DNA from: Candidatus Latescibacterota bacterium
GTDB lineage: Bacteria; Latescibacterota; UBA2968
Length of the DNA stretch: 64,000 nt
Direction: 5' to 3'
Assembly (NCBI GenBank): GCA_965207885.1
Contig: OZ242311.1
Location: 6,016,001 to 6,080,000, forward strand
Positions 1 to 9,653 of this stretch are shown one piece after another. The translations under genes were made by a program, and so were the position numbers. Numbering within the stretch: position 1 is the first letter of the stretch; every line of letters begins with the position of its first letter. Under the pieces are notes generated by a model that saw nothing but the letters and a program-made list of their open reading frames with translations, was not told the DNA's origin and searched no databases.

Positions 1-82
1 ATGGATTGGGATTTATCCACGAGATGAGTGCTCGTGCAATGATGATGTAGCCGTAAATTTTGAGCAGGGTTACTAAGAACAT
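1..82 (-). CDS. yggT: YggT family membrane protein, 5' part only (runs off window start)
   Basis: Hand translation from ATG at 82 gives MFLVTLLKIYGYIIIARALISWINPNP..., matching the YggT pattern (IY..IIIAR.LISW.NP.P). AAAGG RBS upstream. Not in ORF track. Confidence 0.8.
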   Translation of the reverse strand, partial: MFLVTLLKIYGYIIIARALISWINPNP

Positions 83-255
83 AAGAGGACCTTTCGTAAT
101 GAGGTTTAAAGGGAGATTGGATAAATTATCAGTTTGCGCGAGAAAAGCAACGGAAAAGCCAGGGCTAATCGACGCGTGTTTTTTTACGAGCCAGAGGCCT
201 TTTGGACGTTGCACACGTTGGGAAATTTTGGTATTCTGATGACTACTGATCCCGG

Positions 256-332
256 GGGACGGCACAGGGACCGTCCCCTACTCGGACACGATCATTGCCT
301 GTAATGTAGGGGCGGCGCCCCCGTGCCCGCCC
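256..332. repeat. Pair of GTAG-type REP palindromes in opposite orientation
   Basis: 256-281 is the reverse complement of GTAGGGGACGGTCCCTGTGCCGTCCC; 306-332 is GTAGGGGCGGCGCCCCCGTGCCCGCCC. Relatives occur at 29615-29640 and 53780-53805. Confidence 0.7.
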
Positions 333-351
333 GCTGACCACCGAGAGCTTT

Positions 352-3075
352 GTGATGCGCTCTGTATATTTTCCTCTTCTGATCTGTCTTTTGCCGCTTC
401 AGGTACTGGCAAGTTCGCCGCCCTATCAAAAGGTCGCCGATGTTTCGCTTGCTGGTTCGCTTTCTCTCCAGCATTATCGCCTCGCCAATGGCCTTCAGGT
501 TGCGATTGTGGAGGACGATACCAGACCTGTTGTGACATGTCAAATCGCCTATCGCGTGGGGTCTTCTCACGAAGCACCCGGCAGGCAGGGCATGGCGCAT
601 CTGGTCGAGCACCTGGCAGTGGTTCGCTCATTCCCAAAGTCATTCTACCTTTTGGACGCGCCACACGCCAATGCCAGTACGTCGAAAGATGGTACGAAAT
701 ACTACGCCACGGTTCCCAAAGCGCAGCTGGATACGCTGATCGCCTGTTTTGCCTGGGGTATGACGCAGTTTGATGTTTCGCAGGAAGAATACGATCTCGA
801 AAAAGAGGTCGTTCTGGCTGAATGGGCGCGCAGCGCCAATAGTGCGCGTCGGCTTTTGTATAAAAAGATATATGCCCGCATGTTTGCAGGGCATCCCTAT
901 CGGTACGATATTCTGGGTCATCGTGATACGATTAAGACTTTTACTCTGGATCAAGCGATTGTATTTCACAGGCGTTATTACGTGCCAAACAATGCCTGTC
1001 TTGTAATTGTCGGCGATGTGAAAGGGGCTGATATTTTACCCGTTGTAGTTCAACATTTTGGGGAAATTCCAAAGCGCTATGGGTTTATTCACGACGATAT
1101 TGATACGCTGGATGTCACATCTGTCTCCCAGGATTCCATTCAATATACAACTGCGTTGCATTCTTCTGTTTGGGGTGTTTGGCATATTCCGACAGATACG
1201 CATCCGAATTTTTATCCTTTGTATTTGTTTGATAAAGCTCTTTTTGAAGGTGAATATTCTCTTGCTCGCCAAAGGCTAATTGGTCCGGGGAAAGTTCTCG
1301 GGGTAAATTCCTATTTTCTCAATATGCGCGATAAAGGGCTGTTTTATTATATAGCTGACTTACCCTCGGGTGCGCGTTATGACTTTGAGGCAATGCCGCG
1401 AATTATTCAAACAGCTGTCGATTCTTTGTCTGAGGATCATCTTTGGCTGGCGAGAAACGAAGCGCGTAAGATTTTATATCGCACAATAACCAGTCAGTCC
1501 CGTCTGGCAAATATGATCTCTTCAGGATTCATTCGCACCAGTGATCCCGCCCATCGTCTCAAGTGGATGCAGAATCTCGATGGCATTACGATAGCGGATG
1601 TCAAGCGGGTGGTGAAGCAATATCTTTTGGACCAGCCGCCCCGCACCTTTGTCCTGATCTCTTTTGAGGAGCCAGCACCATCATGGAACGTGTGGCTTTA
1701 TGTGGGTATTGTGTGGGTTCTCGTGGGATTGGGAGGATACTGGTACTGGCGACGGCGAGTACTTGCGGTTGGATTATTTGCAGTCCTTTGCAATATTTCG
1801 GCAGCAGATGCAGAGATCCCCAATCACAAGATATATTACGTGCAGGACACGCGCGTGCCGCAAACGCGGCTTTCAATGAGGTATTATACAGGAGGGGATC
1901 TGCAGGAGACAATGGATACACGTGGTTTGTCTTTTGCGTTTTTTCGCCTGAATGATCTGGCATTACACGGAGAAGATAAAAAAGAGATGGACCGGCTTGG
2001 CGCAGAGTTCTGGTTCAATATTTCCGATCAATATGTTACCGTTAACCTGACCGTGTTTAGCGAAAATTTGGATGCGGCTTTGAGACGCCTGAAGGTGATG
2101 ATGAGAGATCTCACATTCTCTAAAGAACTGCTGAACAGGGAAAGGGCGCGGATCATAGACGATTTTGAGGATTACGTTGATGACCATGAGGTAACAGAGA
2201 TTTTTCGCTATCACCTGTACAAGTCTGACAGAGACCGGCGGGAGGGCACGCGCACAGCACTTGAAAATTTGACAGCACAGGACTTGCAACAATTTTGGAA
2301 TCAAACCTTGCGCGCAAAAGTCCTCTATTTTAGAGTGACTTCTGATCTGAGTAAGTCGGAAATTGAACGCAGTTTGCGCGTGATGACCCACAACCGGGTT
2401 CGAGATGGGTTTTCGCCACGTCCCCGTCCAAAACGCAAAGAGATTACGGGTAAGCGCGCTTTAATTTTGCCAAGCCCCCATCCGGCTGATTTTTGCAATT
2501 TGATAACAAATGGCTTGCCTCGCACAAATGAGGATTGGTTTGCACAAGCGGTTTTGGTCAATGCGCTAAACCGTCTGTTGTTCATTCGGCTTCGCGAACA
2601 AAAGGGCTGGTGTTATTCGGCTGGTGTGAGTATTCAGGAATGGACATCACCGCCAATACTGCATTTTGGGGCTAATCCTCGAAGTGTTTATACTTCTCAA
2701 CTTGTTCCCGAGATGTTTCGGTTGATTAACCATTTTTTGTCCGAGCCAGATTTTTGGGCGCAGGTGGAGAAAGGTCGCGAAAGGCTCAAGCGGGCGTATC
2801 ATTTGCAACTCGGTCCGCAGCCCAGACTCAGTCAGCAAGTGCGCTACGATCGCGATGGGGTGCCCGCGCTTTCGCTGGAGGAATACGAATCGGCTATTGA
2901 TCGGGTGACGGAAGAAGATATTCGCCGCGTTTTCAAAAGGATGCTAAAAGGTCAGAACAAATTGCCATTGCTGATGCTTATTTATGGGAATACTGACAGC
3001 ATTGAGACCGTATTGGATCACGAGGATATCAAGGCGAGGACGACGGTTTTTGATATTCAGACTCTGCTTGAATAA
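352..3075 (+). CDS. M16 (insulinase/pitrilysin) zinc peptidase; active and inactive halves joined by a membrane segment
   Basis: Signal peptide; YRVGSSHE..G.QGMAHLVEHL (HxxEH); NASTS..GTKYY; YYVPNNA.LVIVGD; C-terminal half has RLREQKGWCY. Confidence 0.85.
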   Translation: MMRSVYFPLLICLLPLQVLASSPPYQKVADVSLAGSLSLQHYRLANGLQVAIVEDDTRPVVTCQIAYRVGSSHEAPGRQGMAHLVEHLAVVRSFPKSFYLLDAPHANASTSKDGTKYYATVPKAQLDTLIACFAWGMTQFDVSQEEYDLEKEVVLAEWARSANSARRLLYKKIYARMFAGHPYRYDILGHRDTIKTFTLDQAIVFHRRYYVPNNACLVIVGDVKGADILPVVVQHFGEIPKRYGFIHDDIDTLDVTSVSQDSIQYTTALHSSVWGVWHIPTDTHPNFYPLYLFDKALFEGEYSLARQRLIGPGKVLGVNSYFLNMRDKGLFYYIADLPSGARYDFEAMPRIIQTAVDSLSEDHLWLARNEARKILYRTITSQSRLANMISSGFIRTSDPAHRLKWMQNLDGITIADVKRVVKQYLLDQPPRTFVLISFEEPAPSWNVWLYVGIVWVLVGLGGYWYWRRRVLAVGLFAVLCNISAADAEIPNHKIYYVQDTRVPQTRLSMRYYTGGDLQETMDTRGLSFAFFRLNDLALHGEDKKEMDRLGAEFWFNISDQYVTVNLTVFSENLDAALRRLKVMMRDLTFSKELLNRERARIIDDFEDYVDDHEVTEIFRYHLYKSDRDRREGTRTALENLTAQDLQQFWNQTLRAKVLYFRVTSDLSKSEIERSLRVMTHNRVRDGFSPRPRPKRKEITGKRALILPSPHPADFCNLITNGLPRTNEDWFAQAVLVNALNRLLFIRLREQKGWCYSAGVSIQEWTSPPILHFGANPRSVYTSQLVPEMFRLINHFLSEPDFWAQVEKGRERLKRAYHLQLGPQPRLSQQVRYDRDGVPALSLEEYESAIDRVTEEDIRRVFKRMLKGQNKLPLLMLIYGNTDSIETVLDHEDIKARTTVFDIQTLLE

Positions 3076-3199
3076 ACGACCATTCGCAGAGCGAATGGCT
3101 TTAGTGTTCGGTCACGAACACTAAAGGAGGCGAAGTATCGTCGTTTTTCGTGAGCGGTAAAACCTTTACCGCGAACAATAATTAATTTCTTCTATACTC

Positions 3200-3228
3200 T
3201 TGACGTTGTTTTTGTAGTTGGGTATGTT
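3200..3228 (+). promoter_or_regulatory. Sigma70-like promoter for small RNA 1
   Basis: TTGACG (3200-3205), 17 nt, TATGTT (3223-3228). Confidence 0.6.
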
Positions 3229-3234
3229 TTATGT

Positions 3235-3311
3235 ACAGCGGGTTGCCTCAGCATTTCTGTTTATTTCCTCCCTCCCGATAAATAGAGTGCTGTTGGCAGC
3301 CCGCTTTTTTT
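3235..3311 (+). ncRNA. Putative small RNA 1: long hairpin with C-rich loop UUCCUCCCUCCCG, ending in a U-tract
   Basis: Stem AGCGGGTTGCC/GGCAGCCCGCT, CAGCATT/AGTGCTG and CTGTTTAT/ATAAATAG with G-U pairs on the + strand; own promoter; T-run after 3304. Confidence 0.6.
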
Positions 3312-3312
3312 A

Positions 3313-3341
3313 TTGACAGGGTTATTTTTGGAATTTATTTT
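3313..3341 (+). promoter_or_regulatory. Sigma70-like promoter for small RNA 2
   Basis: TTGACA (3313-3318), 17 nt, TATTTT (3336-3341). Confidence 0.55.
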
Positions 3342-3347
3342 GCTTTT

Positions 3348-3404
3348 GTAGCAGAATTACGAACCTTTGAGGGTGTCGGGAGGGAGCCCTCAAAGGCTTT
3401 TTTT
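3348..3404 (+). ncRNA. Putative small RNA 2: hairpin with G-rich loop GUCGGGAGGGA, ending in a U-tract
   Basis: Stem CCTTTGAGGGT (3364-3374)/GCCCTCAAAGG (3386-3396) followed by a T-run. Confidence 0.55.
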
Positions 3405-3414
3405 GTTTATAAAT

Positions 3415-3612
3415 AAAAAAGAGGCGCTGGTTGGGAGGGTATAACCAACGCCTCAAGGGATGTTGCATGGTACCGGATTAGACGCATTTGTACAGAAAAG
3501 AGTTCCAAGAAAGAGTAACGGCGTTGACTCAGCCGGGGTATAGGAGTCAACGCCGATATTTTTGCGACACGCTTTGTCGCATATTCTTTTACTTTTAAAG
3601 GCTGGAAAGGTT
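3415..3612 (-). ncRNA. Putative minus-strand multi-hairpin RNA 3 with UAUACCC-containing loops
   Basis: Hairpins at 3421-3454 (G-U pair and U-tract on the minus strand, loop AUACCCUCCC), 3519-3555 (loop CUAUACCCCGGCU) and 3563-3581. The 5' end is uncertain. Confidence 0.4.
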
Positions 3613-3711
3613 CCCGAATGGTGTGATTTTTTGTTGGCTCAAACAAGTTTTAACTTTTTGTGTTATGGTGTATATTGTTGATTCTCTAAAAGATGTGACC
3701 ATGGAGATGAT

Positions 3712-5220
3712 ATGGTAAATAAAAAAATAGAACGCTGGGGACTGTGGCTCGGTCCTGTGATTGGGCTGAGTGTCACGGTTTTTGGAGATCTCAAGCCGGG
3801 ACATCCCGAGGTGACACATACGGCAGGTGTGGCCTGCTGGATGGCGGTTTGGTGGATGACAGAGGCCGTGCCTTTGGCTGCGACGGCACTGTTGCCCGTG
3901 GTGCTGTTTCCCCTGCTGGGTATTATGAGCGGGCAAGAGGTTGCGCCACTTTATTTGAATCATATTATTTTTTTGTTTGTCGGTGGTTTTATGGTGGCAT
4001 TGGGCATGCAACGCTGGAATTTACACCGGCGAATTGCCCTGCGCTTGCTGCTCCTTTTTGGAGGGTGTCCCCGGTGTATTCTGACGGGTTTTATGCTGGT
4101 AACGGCGTTTTTGTCCATGTGGATTTCCAATACGGCGACAACGATGATGATGGTGCCTATTGCGCTTGCAATTGTGGTTAGAATGGAAGAGCAGGGTGTG
4201 GCATCTGGTTCTTTTGGCACGGCGGTGTTTCTGGGGGTGGCTTATGCGGCTTCAATTGGTGGGAGTGCAACGCTTGTGGGTACGCCGACCAATTTGTCTT
4301 TTGTGAGGATTTTATCGATTCATTTTGCAGAGGTTCCCGAGATTTCATTTGCGATGTGGTTTGCTTTTGCTCTGCCTCTGGCATGTGTGATGCTCGTTTG
4401 TGCGTGGGGTGCGCTTTGCCTTGTTTTTGGCATTCGCGGTCGCGGCGATGATATTGATCTGAGTGTGGTGCGCGCGCAATATGCCGAGTTGGGGCCGATG
4501 TCATTTGCCGAGAAGGTCGTGCTGGCCGATTTTGTATTGTTGGCGCTGTTGTGGTTGTCGAGACGCCCCATTCAAATTGGCGATTGGACGCTGCCGGGCT
4601 GGTCTCAGTTTTTCGAATCTGGCGGATTGATAACCGATGGGTCGGTTGCTATGGCAATGGCTCTGATTTTATTTGTCGTGCCCGCGCGGGATGGCGCGAA
4701 ATCCAGGGTGATGGATTGGCAAACGGCTGGCAATGTGCCCTGGCATATTGTTTTGCTGATTGGCGGTGGATTTGCTCTGGCAAGTGGGTTTAAGGAGTCG
4801 GGGTTGTCGCTCTGGTGCGCGCAGCAGTTGGAGGGTATGGGGCGCTTGCATCCTCTATTTTTGGTCGGTGGTTTGTGTGTGATGATGACTTTTTTGACAG
4901 AGTTGACTTCCAATACGGCAACGGCAGAGATGTTTCTTCCGGTTTTAGCGGCGTTATCTGTGGCGGTGGGTCTCAATCCATTGTTGCTGATGATTCCAGC
5001 CACGTTGTCGTGTTCTTGTGCGTTTATGTTGCCGGTAGCTACGCCGCCCAATGCAATTGTGTTTGGCACGGATAGAATTTCTATGCGCGATATGGCGCGC
5101 GTGGGCGTGGGGTTGAATTTAATAGGGGCTGTGATGATTACTGCTGCGATTGCTGTTGTTGGTCGCGTTGTGCTGGGTATTGAACTTGGGGTGATGCCCG
5201 ATTGGGCGAAAATTCAATAG
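3712..5220 (+). CDS. SLC13/DASS family sodium:dicarboxylate or sulfate symporter
   Basis: WWMTEAVP, SMWISNTAT, GTPTN, TELTSNTA and AFMLPVATPPNAIV motifs. Confidence 0.92.
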   Translation: MVNKKIERWGLWLGPVIGLSVTVFGDLKPGHPEVTHTAGVACWMAVWWMTEAVPLAATALLPVVLFPLLGIMSGQEVAPLYLNHIIFLFVGGFMVALGMQRWNLHRRIALRLLLLFGGCPRCILTGFMLVTAFLSMWISNTATTMMMVPIALAIVVRMEEQGVASGSFGTAVFLGVAYAASIGGSATLVGTPTNLSFVRILSIHFAEVPEISFAMWFAFALPLACVMLVCAWGALCLVFGIRGRGDDIDLSVVRAQYAELGPMSFAEKVVLADFVLLALLWLSRRPIQIGDWTLPGWSQFFESGGLITDGSVAMAMALILFVVPARDGAKSRVMDWQTAGNVPWHIVLLIGGGFALASGFKESGLSLWCAQQLEGMGRLHPLFLVGGLCVMMTFLTELTSNTATAEMFLPVLAALSVAVGLNPLLLMIPATLSCSCAFMLPVATPPNAIVFGTDRISMRDMARVGVGLNLIGAVMITAAIAVVGRVVLGIELGVMPDWAKIQ

Positions 5221-5233
5221 GCGGGAGGTAGCG

Positions 5234-7009
5234 TCAATCCGCGACCTGTGACTCGCGGGTTGCAATGCGCGATAGTATTTCGCCATTGCGCGTGAGGTCT
5301 TGCGCCCGTACCATGCGCGCATAGAGTCCATCTCGGTCGATGAGGGAACTGTGGTTGCCCGTTTCGACCACGCGCCCTTCGTCGATTACAGCAATGGTGG
5401 GTGACCGGCGCACAGTGGAGAGGCGATGGGCAATGACGAGGGTGGTGCGATTTTGCGTGAGGCGATAAAGGGCTTCTTGAATAAGTGCCTCGGTTTCAAC
5501 GTCCACAGAAGATGTGGCTTCATCAAGGATGAGGATGGGGGCGTCTTTAAGCAGTGCTCGGGCTATGGAGAGGCGTTGTTTTTCACCGCCGGATAATCGC
5601 ACGCCTCGTTCTCCAATCACGGTGTCATATCCTTTGGGCAGGTCGCGAATAAAGGCATGGGCATTGGCTGCTTGTGCGGCTTCTCGAACTGTGCGTTCGG
5701 TCGCATCTGGACGACCAAAGATCAGATTTTCATATACTGTGCCGTGAAATAAAAAGACGTCTTGAAGGACTGAGGCGATATTTTGGCGCACAAAAGAGAG
5801 GGGTAGATCGCGCAGGTCATATCCGCCAATGCGAACCGCGCCTTGTTGGGGGTCATAAAATCGGGGCAAGAGGTTGGCAAGGGTTGATTTGCCCGCGCCC
5901 GTGGGTCCGACGAGTGCGAGAATATCTCCTTCATCAATGTACAGGTCAATGTCGTGTAAGACGGGTGTGTTGGGATCATAGCCAAATGTGAGTGCGTCAA
6001 TGTCGATATCCCATGTGATGGTTTTGGGCACGGTTACACCGGGCGCGTCGGTAATTTCCGGACGGATGGCGAGGAGTTGAAAAACGCGTTCTGTGCTGGC
6101 GGCGGCTTTTTGCAATACATCGTTAAAAGATGCCAGTTGCAAAAAAGGCTGGTAGATGTGGCCCATATAGACAATGAAGACAAATAGATCAGCTACCGAG
6201 ATGCTGTCGCTGAGGGCCATGTTGCCACCGCTCCAGATGACGAGTACAATGCCCAGTCCACCTGTGGCTTCAATGATGCCAGCGGGCAGGAGCGAGACTG
6301 TGTTGGCTTTGATCAAGCGGTCGTGAAAGGTGGCACTGCGGTGGGTTACCTGGTGGGCGCATTCCCGCTCGCGAGCAAATGATTTGATGACGGCAATGCC
6401 CGACATGTTATCCTGTACGAGGGCGGCGAGTTCGGAGAGCCGTTCGCGCACTGCATGCCACATGGCGCGCACTTTGGATACATAGCGATATACGAGAAAT
6501 GCCATGAGCGGAATGGGCAATATGGCGATGAGGGCGAGTTCCGGGTTGAGGTAAAAGAGCACGGCGATCATGGATATGGGGATAACCGTGGCGAGCGCGG
6601 TTTCGGGTATGCCGTGTGCAATAAAGTCTTCGATGGCTTCGATGTCGTTGATGGAGCGAGCCATGAGATTGCCGGTGCGCTGGCGATTGAAAAAGCTATG
6701 GGATAGGTTTTGCAGGTGCTTGTACACGCGCGTCATAAGCGCGTGCATCACGCGATAGGCAGTGACGTGGGAAAAGAAGCCATAACCATAACGGGAGACA
6801 CCGCGAAGCAGGTAAATTCCAAGGAGTAAGAGGCTGACTTCTATGAGGTCCCCTGCGGGTTTTGCTTCGGTGAGCCACTGGATGAGTTTGCGGATGAGCA
6901 ATGGTGGGATCAGATTGGCCGCTGCAAAGATAAGTCCACAGGCGATGCAGCATGCCATAAAGAGACGGCGACCTTCGAGCAGATCGTAGATTTGTTTGAT
7001 AAAGGTCAT
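5234..7009 (-). CDS. ABC exporter, fused permease and ATPase
   Basis: N-terminal TM domain; GPTGAGKST, LSGGEKQR, ILILDEATS, IAHRLST. Confidence 0.93.
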   Translation of the reverse strand: MTFIKQIYDLLEGRRLFMACCIACGLIFAAANLIPPLLIRKLIQWLTEAKPAGDLIEVSLLLLGIYLLRGVSRYGYGFFSHVTAYRVMHALMTRVYKHLQNLSHSFFNRQRTGNLMARSINDIEAIEDFIAHGIPETALATVIPISMIAVLFYLNPELALIAILPIPLMAFLVYRYVSKVRAMWHAVRERLSELAALVQDNMSGIAVIKSFARERECAHQVTHRSATFHDRLIKANTVSLLPAGIIEATGGLGIVLVIWSGGNMALSDSISVADLFVFIVYMGHIYQPFLQLASFNDVLQKAAASTERVFQLLAIRPEITDAPGVTVPKTITWDIDIDALTFGYDPNTPVLHDIDLYIDEGDILALVGPTGAGKSTLANLLPRFYDPQQGAVRIGGYDLRDLPLSFVRQNIASVLQDVFLFHGTVYENLIFGRPDATERTVREAAQAANAHAFIRDLPKGYDTVIGERGVRLSGGEKQRLSIARALLKDAPILILDEATSSVDVETEALIQEALYRLTQNRTTLVIAHRLSTVRRSPTIAVIDEGRVVETGNHSSLIDRDGLYARMVRAQDLTRNGEILSRIATRESQVAD

Positions 7010-7087
7010 AAATCTGTTTTGGTTTGAGGTCCGTTATGGTTGTGACTCAAACCTATTATTTGATGGGATAGAAGTCAAGAGAATAGA

Positions 7088-8110
7088 ATGGAGAGAACGA
7101 CTATGGTGATTAAAACAGAAGAAGAATTGATCGATCAGATGACGACTCCATCGCCCGAAGTGGTCGAGGCTGTGTCAAAGTTAGATGGTCCCGTGATGAT
7201 TTTGGGTATCGCGGGAAAGATGGGACCGACTCTATCAGAGTTGCTGCTGCGAGCCGGTGCAGATGAGGTGATTGGCGTGTCGCGGTTTTCCAATCCGCTG
7301 GATCGGGATGATCTGGAGGCGCGGGGTATTGCGACGATCAAGTGCGATTTGCTGGACGATGAGGGGCTGGCGCGGTTGCCTCGCGTGCCGTATCTCTATT
7401 TGATGGCCGGGCATAAGTTTGGGGCAACGGGCAACGAGCCGTTGACCTGGGCGATGAATGCGGCATTGCCCGCAAAAGTCATGCAACAATTTCCAGATTC
7501 GCGTATTGTTTATGTGTCTTCTGGCAATGTTTACGAATTTGCTTCGGTGACGGGTTCGGGTGCTCAGGAGGATGCTGCTGTCGATCCGATTGGCGAATAC
7601 GCCATGTCCCGGCTGGGCGGTGAACGGCTTGCCGAGTTTTATTGCAAAGAGAATCAAACGCCTCTGGCAATTGTGCGTTTGTTTTACGCGACTGAGTTGC
7701 GCTATGGCATCATTTTGGATATCGCCGAGAAGATTAAATCCGAGACGCCTATTGATCTGTCTATGGGCCATGTCAACCAGATATGGCAGGGCGATGCGAA
7801 TGCGTATTTGGCGCGGATGTTTCCGCTTTGTGCATGTCCTGCACGGGTGGTGAATATGACGGGTAGGGATGTGTTGTCGGTGCGCGATTTGGCGTTGCAA
7901 TTGGGCGAATATTTTGGTATTGATCCCGTGTTTGAAGGCGAAGAGCGCGAGACGGCATTGTTGGGTGATGCAGGGGTGCTTTTTGAGGAGATGGGGGCGC
8001 CGTGGGTTTCCGTTGAAGAAATTGTCTCGTGGGTTGCACGCTGGGTTATGAGCGATGGACGCACGCTGGGCAAACCGACCAAATACGAGTCGAGGACAGG
8101 GGCGTTTTAG
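7088..8110 (+). CDS. NAD-dependent epimerase/dehydratase family protein
   Basis: ILGIAGKMG Rossmann motif; AGHKFG; SSGNVY; GEYAMSRLGGE. Confidence 0.85.
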   Translation: MERTTMVIKTEEELIDQMTTPSPEVVEAVSKLDGPVMILGIAGKMGPTLSELLLRAGADEVIGVSRFSNPLDRDDLEARGIATIKCDLLDDEGLARLPRVPYLYLMAGHKFGATGNEPLTWAMNAALPAKVMQQFPDSRIVYVSSGNVYEFASVTGSGAQEDAAVDPIGEYAMSRLGGERLAEFYCKENQTPLAIVRLFYATELRYGIILDIAEKIKSETPIDLSMGHVNQIWQGDANAYLARMFPLCACPARVVNMTGRDVLSVRDLALQLGEYFGIDPVFEGEERETALLGDAGVLFEEMGAPWVSVEEIVSWVARWVMSDGRTLGKPTKYESRTGAF

Positions 8111-8125
8111 AAGGAGGACAGGACC

Positions 8126-9421
8126 ATGATAAAAGCAGGGATTTCAGAGGTGAATATCACGCCGCCAGTGGGGATTTCAATGTGCGGATTTGCCGCGCGC
8201 GAAGGGCCATCTGAGGCGATACACGACGAGTTGTACGCCAGGGCACTGGTGCTGGATGACGGCGAAACGCAGGTCGCAATTGTGGGGGCTGATGTGATCA
8301 GTTTTGCACCGGATCTGGTCACTCGGATCCGAGAGATAGTTGAGCATTCCGTCGGGATTCCGGGGGGACATATTTTGCTCAATGGGTCTCATTCCCATTC
8401 GGGACCCTCTGTGATGGCTTTCCGGTGTATGGGCGACCGCGATGTAGCTTATGAAGATGTGTTGTGCCGCAAGATTGTTGGGGCAATTAAAATGGCGGTC
8501 GAAGGATCGATACCCGCATCACTTTCGCAGGGGCGAGCACCCGTGCGTATTGCACATAACCGCAGAGAGATGCGCGACGGACGCATCGTGCTGGGCCATC
8601 ATCCCAAAGGTCCCGAAGCCCCCTGGGTCGATGTGGTGCGCGTAGATACAGCAGGCGGTGTGCCTGTGGCTGTTGTATTCGCGACTGCGGCGCATCCCGT
8701 GAATTTAAATGCGCTGTCGATCAGTGCAGAGTTTCCGGGATATGCCGCGCAATTTGTGCGGGATAATTTGGCGATGCCTATGTTTTTGCAGGGTTGTTGT
8801 GGGGATATTAACTGTGCGCCAAAGGACGGGAAGTTTGAGGGGTGCGAGTTGTTGGGTACGCGCCTGGGCGCGGCAACTGTGACGGCTGCGTTGTATGCCG
8901 AGAGGCTGGAGGGCGATGTGCTGGCGGTGAATAATCGGGTTGTCGAATTGCCTCTTATGGTACCCGATGTCGATGAAGCAGAGCGCGCACTTGCAGATGC
9001 CAAAGCGAATTTGCAACGCGTGCGAGAAGATAAAAATATAACGCCCTACCGACGCCGCCAACAATTCGAGGGGATGGTCGGGTGGGCAAAGGATTATGTG
9101 CGGGCTGCGAGAAGAGGCGGAAGTCCAACGGAGTCATTTGAGATTCAGACCATACATATTGGCGATATGGCAGTGGTGGGGTATCCGGGGGAGATGTTTG
9201 TCGATTACCAGTTGTTTTTAGATGATGCTTCTCCTTGTGATAAAACGATTGCACTGGGATATACCAATGGGTGTATTGGGTATGTTCCGACTGCCGATGC
9301 CTATCCTGTTGGTGGATACGAAGTCGAACAAGCTTTTAAGTATTATGGAACATTAATGATAGGTGCGGAGTGTGAAGATATGATTAAAACGACGACTGTC
9401 GAAATGCTGAGAGAGATGTAA
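8126..9421 (+). CDS. Neutral/alkaline ceramidase-like metallo-amidase
   Basis: AG.SEVNITPP, HDELYARALV, SHSHSGP, QGCCGD, PGEMF, GY.PT..AY..GGYE. Confidence 0.8.
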   Translation: MIKAGISEVNITPPVGISMCGFAAREGPSEAIHDELYARALVLDDGETQVAIVGADVISFAPDLVTRIREIVEHSVGIPGGHILLNGSHSHSGPSVMAFRCMGDRDVAYEDVLCRKIVGAIKMAVEGSIPASLSQGRAPVRIAHNRREMRDGRIVLGHHPKGPEAPWVDVVRVDTAGGVPVAVVFATAAHPVNLNALSISAEFPGYAAQFVRDNLAMPMFLQGCCGDINCAPKDGKFEGCELLGTRLGAATVTAALYAERLEGDVLAVNNRVVELPLMVPDVDEAERALADAKANLQRVREDKNITPYRRRQQFEGMVGWAKDYVRAARRGGSPTESFEIQTIHIGDMAVVGYPGEMFVDYQLFLDDASPCDKTIALGYTNGCIGYVPTADAYPVGGYEVEQAFKYYGTLMIGAECEDMIKTTTVEMLREM

Positions 9422-9653
9422 AAAGAATCTATATATTGTATAATAAAGCATTTATACCACTTGAAATTGTAGAAAATGCTTGACAAATAGTGCGTATTAT
9501 CATAGATATATTTTTTGGGAGAGTGTTTATTTTTTGTTGGTTCTCTATAAGCACGGGTTATGTGTACACCGAGAGCCACCACATCGCATCGAGCCATATG
9601 CCGACAGTACACATGGTACGGGGAGCCATTATCGGTACTGTTGTGGAGTCTCA

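Noticed and set aside
3407-3646. 79-aa minus-strand ORF as a type I toxin
   Set aside because: No RBS, not hydrophobic, and it runs through RNA hairpins.
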